A stretch of 28,392 nt of DNA from a bacterium (GTDB lineage Bacteria; Patescibacteriota; Patescibacteriia; Patescibacteriales; GWE2-39-37). Under the pieces are notes generated by a model. That model was not told the origin of the DNA and made no database searches. It saw nothing but the letters and a program-made list of their open reading frames with translations. The translations under genes were made by a program, and so were the position numbers. This document shows positions 24,026 through 28,392 of the stretch, piece by piece. The stretch spans positions 1 to 28,392 of the forward strand of contig JAJYMT010000069.1 of NCBI GenBank assembly GCA_021786695.1, written 5' to 3'. How positions within the stretch are numbered: position 1 is the first letter of the stretch; the number at the start of each line of letters is the position of its first letter.

Positions 24026-25198
24026 CTATAATTTTCCGGCCCGAATCTGCCGGCGCAGCCGCTCCATCAGAGTGAGATAGAACTCGAGATTGTTCAAGGT
24101 CGCCAGCCGCAGTCCCAGCGGCTCTTTGATTTTGAACAGATAATTGAGGTAAGCGCGGGAATATTGCCGGAGGATGGGTAATTTTGAGGCGGCGTTGATG
24201 GGATGTTTGTCGGAACCGAACTTTGTATTGGTTATATTTATAGTATCGTAAAATTTTGAATTTTGAATTTTGAATTTTGAAAATTGTTTCGGATTTCGGA
24301 TTTCGGATTTCGTGCTTTTTTTCCATAAAAAAAGCCGCCCATGCCTGCCCTCGCGCGTCGGAATGACGCAATCGAACATATCGACGCCGCGGCGGACCGC
24401 TTCGACGATCTGTTCCGGGTAACCGACCCCCATCAGGTAGCGGGGCGCCTCTTCGGGCATCGCCGGCACCAGGTAATCGAGCACCCGGTACATCTCTTGC
24501 GCCGTCTCCCCGACCGACAGCCCGCCGATGTTGTAGCCGTCAAAACCGATACCGGCCAGGTCGGCGATACTTTTTAGCCGTAATTTTTTATCTAAACCGC
24601 CCTGAATGACGGCATGGAGCAGCGGTTTTTTCCCTTTTAATTTTTGGTGGTACGTCTTGGACCGGCGCGCCCATAAGCTCGTCAGCTCAACCGACCCTTC
24701 CAGATATTCTCGGCCGGCCGGCAGGGCGACGCACTCGTCAAGACAAACCGCGATGTCCACGCCCAGATCGGCCTGGATTTTTATCGCCCGCTCCGGCGTC
24801 AGATTGAAATTCTTGCCGTCGATATAGGACTTAAACCCGACGCCTTTGTCCGTTAATTTAACCAACCCTTCCCCGCCCCTTTTTTTACCACCGGCCAAGC
24901 TGAAAACCTGGAAGCCGCCGGAGTCGGTCAGGATCGGCCCCGGCCAGCCGATAAATTTATGCAGGCCGCCGAATTTTTTCACCGGCTTTTCGCCCGGCCT
25001 TAGCATCAGGTGGTAGGTGTTGGACAGGATAATTTGGGCGCCGAGCCGTTGCAGTTCCTCGCCGGCGATATGTTTAACCGTGCCTTGCGTCGCCACCGGC
25101 ATGAAGAACGGCGTCTCGATTTTTCCGTGAGCGGTAGCCAGCACGGCGGCGCGGGCCCGCGACTTGCCGGAACGTTTTATTATCTTAAAATGTTTCAT
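24026..25198 (-). CDS. tgt: tRNA-guanine transglycosylase
   Basis: 'ETPFFMPVATQG', 'LSNTYHLMLRPG', 'LTDSGGFQVFSL', 'LDEC', 'GGLSVGE', 'PRYLMGVG', 'GVDMFDCVIPTR'. Confidence 0.97.
   Translation of the reverse strand: MKHFKIIKRSGKSRARAAVLATAHGKIETPFFMPVATQGTVKHIAGEELQRLGAQIILSNTYHLMLRPGEKPVKKFGGLHKFIGWPGPILTDSGGFQVFSLAGGKKRGGEGLVKLTDKGVGFKSYIDGKNFNLTPERAIKIQADLGVDIAVCLDECVALPAGREYLEGSVELTSLWARRSKTYHQKLKGKKPLLHAVIQGGLDKKLRLKSIADLAGIGFDGYNIGGLSVGETAQEMYRVLDYLVPAMPEEAPRYLMGVGYPEQIVEAVRRGVDMFDCVIPTREGRHGRLFLWKKSTKSEIRNPKQFSKFKIQNSKFYDTINITNTKFGSDKHPINAASKLPILRQYSRAYLNYLFKIKEPLGLRLATLNNLEFYLTLMERLRRQIRAGKL
24252..24314. repeat. Heptamer arrays inside tgt: (AATTTTG)x4 and (TTTCGGA)x3
   Basis: 24252-24279 and 24287-24307; 63 nt, reading frame preserved. 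Confidence 0.9.
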
Positions 25199-25293
25199 TT
25201 ATCCAAACGATTAATTTTATCTCGGTTGATGGCGGCCTGATCCATATGGATAATCTACTACAATTCGCGGCCTTAATCAATTTTTTCCAATTT

Positions 25294-25320
25294 AAAAGGC
25301 GCCTCGATCGGCAAGGCGCC
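25294..25320 (-). terminator. Terminator after the lipoprotein gene
   Basis: GGCGCCT/AGGCGCC stem followed by TTTT on the minus strand. Confidence 0.65.
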
Positions 25321-25340
25321 AGTTCCTCTCAACGGCTATT

Positions 25341-25871
25341 TCAAAACATCACCGGCGCCACGCTCCAATACGCGGGATTCTTCGGAGCGCGCACGGTGGT
25401 CGAGACGACATATTTCGGGATCAGGCCGGAGATGCTGTCGGCATCGATCTTCGCGACGTTATCGGCCCAGATCTTCGAGACGTCCCACTTCCATCTCGCG
25501 GTCGGTTGGTCAAAGCCGTCCTGGAAGACGATTTTCATATCGCTCGACTCGACCTTCGCTTTCCGGCGGACGCCGCTCTTGTCTTCCCACACCATGCCGA
25601 CCTCGGCCGTCACGGCGGCCGGAGATACCCTTGGCTGGAGTAGGAAAAAAGCGCCGGCATTTTCAACCGGCCGCAGCTGATGCTCGCCAAATGCTCCGGC
25701 CTTTTCCAGCCGGTCGATGGTCTGGCGCACTCCCGCGATGACTTTCGGGCAGGTGCACTTGTTCGGGTCGACCGCGTAATCGGCGGTTTCGGCCGGAATA
25801 TTGGCCGATTCACAACCGGCGGCGAGCAGCGCAACGATTACGGACAAGACGGCCAGACGATTAAATCGCAT
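25341..25871 (-). CDS. Hypothetical lipoprotein-like exported protein (176 aa)
   Basis: 'MRFNRLAVLSVIVALLAAGC' lipobox-like; strong SD AAGGAGGAGG; overlaps the VKOR stop by 11 nt; CTC motif. Confidence 0.75.
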   Translation of the reverse strand: MRFNRLAVLSVIVALLAAGCESANIPAETADYAVDPNKCTCPKVIAGVRQTIDRLEKAGAFGEHQLRPVENAGAFFLLQPRVSPAAVTAEVGMVWEDKSGVRRKAKVESSDMKIVFQDGFDQPTARWKWDVSKIWADNVAKIDADSISGLIPKYVVSTTVRAPKNPAYWSVAPVMF

Positions 25872-26280
25872 AGGTCTCCCTCCTCCTTGTCTTGGTTTTG
25901 ATGATCGAGCAGATAAAGATGGCGGTGATCGCCAGGGAAGAAAAAAGGCAGTAAGGGCATACTCGGCGGATCACGAATACTGCCACAAAGGTGAGATAAA
26001 TTGAAAAGAACGTGCCCAGTCCGGAAACGATGAAAACCGCCACGGAACTGAGCGAGCCGAAACGCGGCCGCTTCTTTTCCAGCGCCGCCAGGAGCGCGAT
26101 CGCGAGATAGGCGGCCGCGCCGAGGATCGCGTTCGGCACGCCGGCGATTTTGCTGTAATCGCCGCTCCGCACCGGATGCGTGAAGGGGTCGGTCAGGTAC
26201 CAGTACGAAAGCAATAAGCAGTCCGCCAGACCGGCCAGCGCCAGCAATAAAATGGGTAGCCGAAACTTATCGGATTTCAT
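25861..26280 (-). CDS. VKOR-family disulfide-bond protein (atypical)
   Basis: Four TM helices, 'YSKIAGVP.AILG', 'FSIYL.FV.VFVIRRVCPYC'. Confidence 0.85.
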   Translation of the reverse strand: MKSDKFRLPILLLALAGLADCLLLSYWYLTDPFTHPVRSGDYSKIAGVPNAILGAAAYLAIALLAALEKKRPRFGSLSSVAVFIVSGLGTFFSIYLTFVAVFVIRRVCPYCLFSSLAITAIFICSIIKTKTRRRETYAI

Positions 26281-26348
26281 TTTTCCCTCCGGATGGAAAT
26301 TTGGCCTTCGGTTGATTCTACACGAGCGCCTTCAAAAGTCAAGATTAA

Positions 26349-28334
26349 TCATTGCACCACCCGCCCGTCGCCCTCCGCCACCGGATCGCTTTCCAGTTTG
26401 GTGGTCTTGGGCTTCAATTTTTTGTTGATCGGCGAATTGGTGACGCTGTCGGTCGCCGCGATCTCGGTGCCGGAGAGCATTACCATGATTTTATTGGCGT
26501 CATCCGTCGTCGGCTTGATGGCGATGTTGAATTCGGCCTCCGCTTTGTAGACGGTGATCGGCATCCGCCCGAGCCGCCAGATTATTTTTTTGGCCGTCTG
26601 ATCGTATTCGATCGAACCGACGGAAGCGCGGGATTTCTGATCGAAGGCGACGCCGGCGGCGAGCGGCGCGCTGATCGTCACCTCGGAAAGCTCGTTTAAG
26701 TTGTTGGTCAGGACCCAGTAGATCTTGTAGGAGGTGGTTTCGCCCACCTTGGGCGGCAGCGGCCCCGAGCCGACCGCGATATTATCGTCGTTGAAATACC
26801 TTACCTCTTCGGCAAGCGACAGGTCGCTGTTGATCTTGCTGATGATCACGTTGCTCTGGCCCGCCTCTTTGGACACCGCTTCGGTCGAAGTGGCGGCGGC
26901 GCCCTCGGGCAGGACGCCGATCGAGAATTGCGCGTAACTCTTAACCTGGTACGATTTGCCCGGGTCGATCTGTCCCGCCGGCATAAGGTTGATTGAAAAA
27001 TCGATCGTGCCTTCGCTTCCGGGCGCCAGTTCCGAGAGAACCGGAATCTCGACCTTGCTCCAGCTGATCGATTTGGCGGAAACCTTGCCCTTGTTGGCGT
27101 CTTTCAAACTTGCCCAGTCCAAAAAGTCGCTATCGAGTACCGCTTGTACGACCACATCCTTCATAGTGGTCTTGCCCATATTCTTATAGACGATCGAGTA
27201 GTTGAGCGTCTGGCCGAAATTAACGCCCTGGTCGGTGCGGGCGCCGTTCACGATCAACGTCAGGTTCAGATCGCGTTTCATCACCTCGAAAGTCAGTTTT
27301 TTATTGAGGAAGGTCTTGAGGCCGCCCGACGCCTCCTCGCCTGCCTGGAATTTCATATTTATCTCCTGCGAATCGGCTGTTTTGTCCTTGAATTTGAATC
27401 TGATTTTCAGCTCTTGCTCCTCTTTGGCAATCCCGCCGATCGTCCAGCTGCCGGGTATGGTACCGCTGGCCGTATCCTTGGCCAACTCCAGATTTTCCGG
27501 CAAATCCATCGAAACGGTAAAATTATTCAGATAATTTTCTTCCTGGGCGCGGTATTTGACGACGATTTCGTTGGTTTCCCCGACCAGGGCGCTTGATGGA
27601 TAATCGACGTTGATCTCGAGGCCCGTACCGCTGACGGTATTTTGGAAACTGGCCTCCTTTTTAAAGTCGGAAGAAAAATTAGCCGGCTGATAAGTAAGCC
27701 GTCCGAGCACGATCTCCTGCGCCCCCTGCTCGCCGATCAGTTTGCCCTTGATCTTTATCTCGCCCGAGCGCCGGACGCCGAGCGCATCGAACTGCCAGCT
27801 GTTCTTGTCCTTGGTCGGCATGGGCGAGGCGTCGATAAAGACGAAATTATCCGGATAGACCAGGTCGACCGAAAGTTTCTTCAGCTCCTGCTGGCTCAGA
27901 TTTTTGTAAACGACGGTGTAATAGAATTCCTTGCCGGCGAGCACCTCCTGGTCGGCGCTGATCGCCAGAATGACGGCGTTCTGATTGGCGCCGGCGCGCA
28001 CCGACAGAAAATAATAGCCGAGCCAGGCCAGCCCCAGCAGGGCGCTCGCTATTATCCAAAATTTCAAAATCTTGTACGGCCAGCCGTGCCGCACCGTCTT
28101 GGTGATCTGGCTCATAAAATCCTCTTTGCCGCCGGCGCGGTAGATTTCGGCCAGGCCCTCTTCGATTTCGTGTTCGCGCACCTCTTCGTGCACATACTGG
28201 TCAAACTTCTGCGCCTCGTCCTCGCTCGGGACGTTTTTTTCCACGAAGTCGCTCAAGGCGGATCTGGCCGCCTTGGGTTTGAGCGGTTCGGACCCGGCGT
28301 CCCGCGCGCTCGCTTGATTGGCTGGTTTTGGCAT
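26349..28334 (-). CDS. Membrane-anchored multi-Ig-like (DUF11-like) surface protein
   Basis: One TM near aa 90-110, then repeated beta-rich units ('GKEFYYTVVYKN', 'GQTLNYSIVYKN', 'GETTSYKIYW.LTN'). Confidence 0.75.
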   Translation of the reverse strand: MPKPANQASARDAGSEPLKPKAARSALSDFVEKNVPSEDEAQKFDQYVHEEVREHEIEEGLAEIYRAGGKEDFMSQITKTVRHGWPYKILKFWIIASALLGLAWLGYYFLSVRAGANQNAVILAISADQEVLAGKEFYYTVVYKNLSQQELKKLSVDLVYPDNFVFIDASPMPTKDKNSWQFDALGVRRSGEIKIKGKLIGEQGAQEIVLGRLTYQPANFSSDFKKEASFQNTVSGTGLEINVDYPSSALVGETNEIVVKYRAQEENYLNNFTVSMDLPENLELAKDTASGTIPGSWTIGGIAKEEQELKIRFKFKDKTADSQEINMKFQAGEEASGGLKTFLNKKLTFEVMKRDLNLTLIVNGARTDQGVNFGQTLNYSIVYKNMGKTTMKDVVVQAVLDSDFLDWASLKDANKGKVSAKSISWSKVEIPVLSELAPGSEGTIDFSINLMPAGQIDPGKSYQVKSYAQFSIGVLPEGAAATSTEAVSKEAGQSNVIISKINSDLSLAEEVRYFNDDNIAVGSGPLPPKVGETTSYKIYWVLTNNLNELSEVTISAPLAAGVAFDQKSRASVGSIEYDQTAKKIIWRLGRMPITVYKAEAEFNIAIKPTTDDANKIMVMLSGTEIAATDSVTNSPINKKLKPKTTKLESDPVAEGDGRVVQ

Positions 28335-28392
28335 ATTATCGGTTCAAAATTATAAGTATCTGTTTTAATTATTTCTCCTCCAGCAAAACCGC

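Noticed and set aside
23949-24371. 140-aa ORF overlapping the tgt 3' end
   Set aside because: Alternate frame kept open by the heptamer repeats; the tgt frame retains YSRAYL and ends normally
1-28392. Plus-strand ORFs and long alternate-frame ORFs (e.g. 19835-21178, 22382-23629, 15445-16386, 19995-21209)
   Set aside because: Shadows of GC-rich minus-strand genes with no recognisable motifs or expression signals
1-28392. Genetic code 25 (UGA as Gly)
   Set aside because: Conserved genes read full-length in code 11 and TGA ends several credible genes (e.g. 9843, 20072, 26349)
1-28392. Prophage, transposase, integrase, DGR or tRNA genes
   Set aside because: No recombinase, reverse transcriptase or phage motifs, no adenine-mismatched repeat pair, and no tRNA cloverleaf seen by eye

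Overview
A 28.4-kb, prophage-free chromosomal window in which every credible gene is on the minus strand. Gene content and sequence style suggest a CPR/Patescibacteria (Parcubacteria-like) genome read in code 11; this is inference from the truncated RpoA, AlaS and L13, the CAP, DUF11 and O-antigen-ligase-TPR surface proteins, and the AT-rich heptamer intergenic repeats. In transcription order (right to left): Ig-like/DUF11 membrane protein, VKOR-like protein plus coupled lipoprotein, tgt, O-antigen-ligase/TPR protein, orphan gene, CAP-domain protein, Com-like zinc ribbon, a five-gene SipW/TasA-type fibre cluster, mnmA, two orphans, an approximately 690-nt promoter-to-terminator unit with many hairpins and two micro-ORFs, alaS, the infA-rpmJ-rpsM-rpsK-rpsD-rpoA-rplQ-rplM-rpsI operon, a hairpin-rich 125-bp tandem repeat, an orphan membrane protein and a polysaccharide flippase. 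The strongest leads are: (1) the SipW/TasA filament cluster with a possible Com-like RNA switch; (2) RpoA whose C-terminal domain is replaced by an acidic linker plus AT-hook motif; (3) the candidate large structured RNA at about 8946-9640; (4) a Tgt lacking all four zinc ligands and carrying an in-frame heptamer-repeat insertion; (5) repeated duplication of the rpsI 3' end around a triple-hairpin element. No database searches were run; family calls rest on motif recognition.
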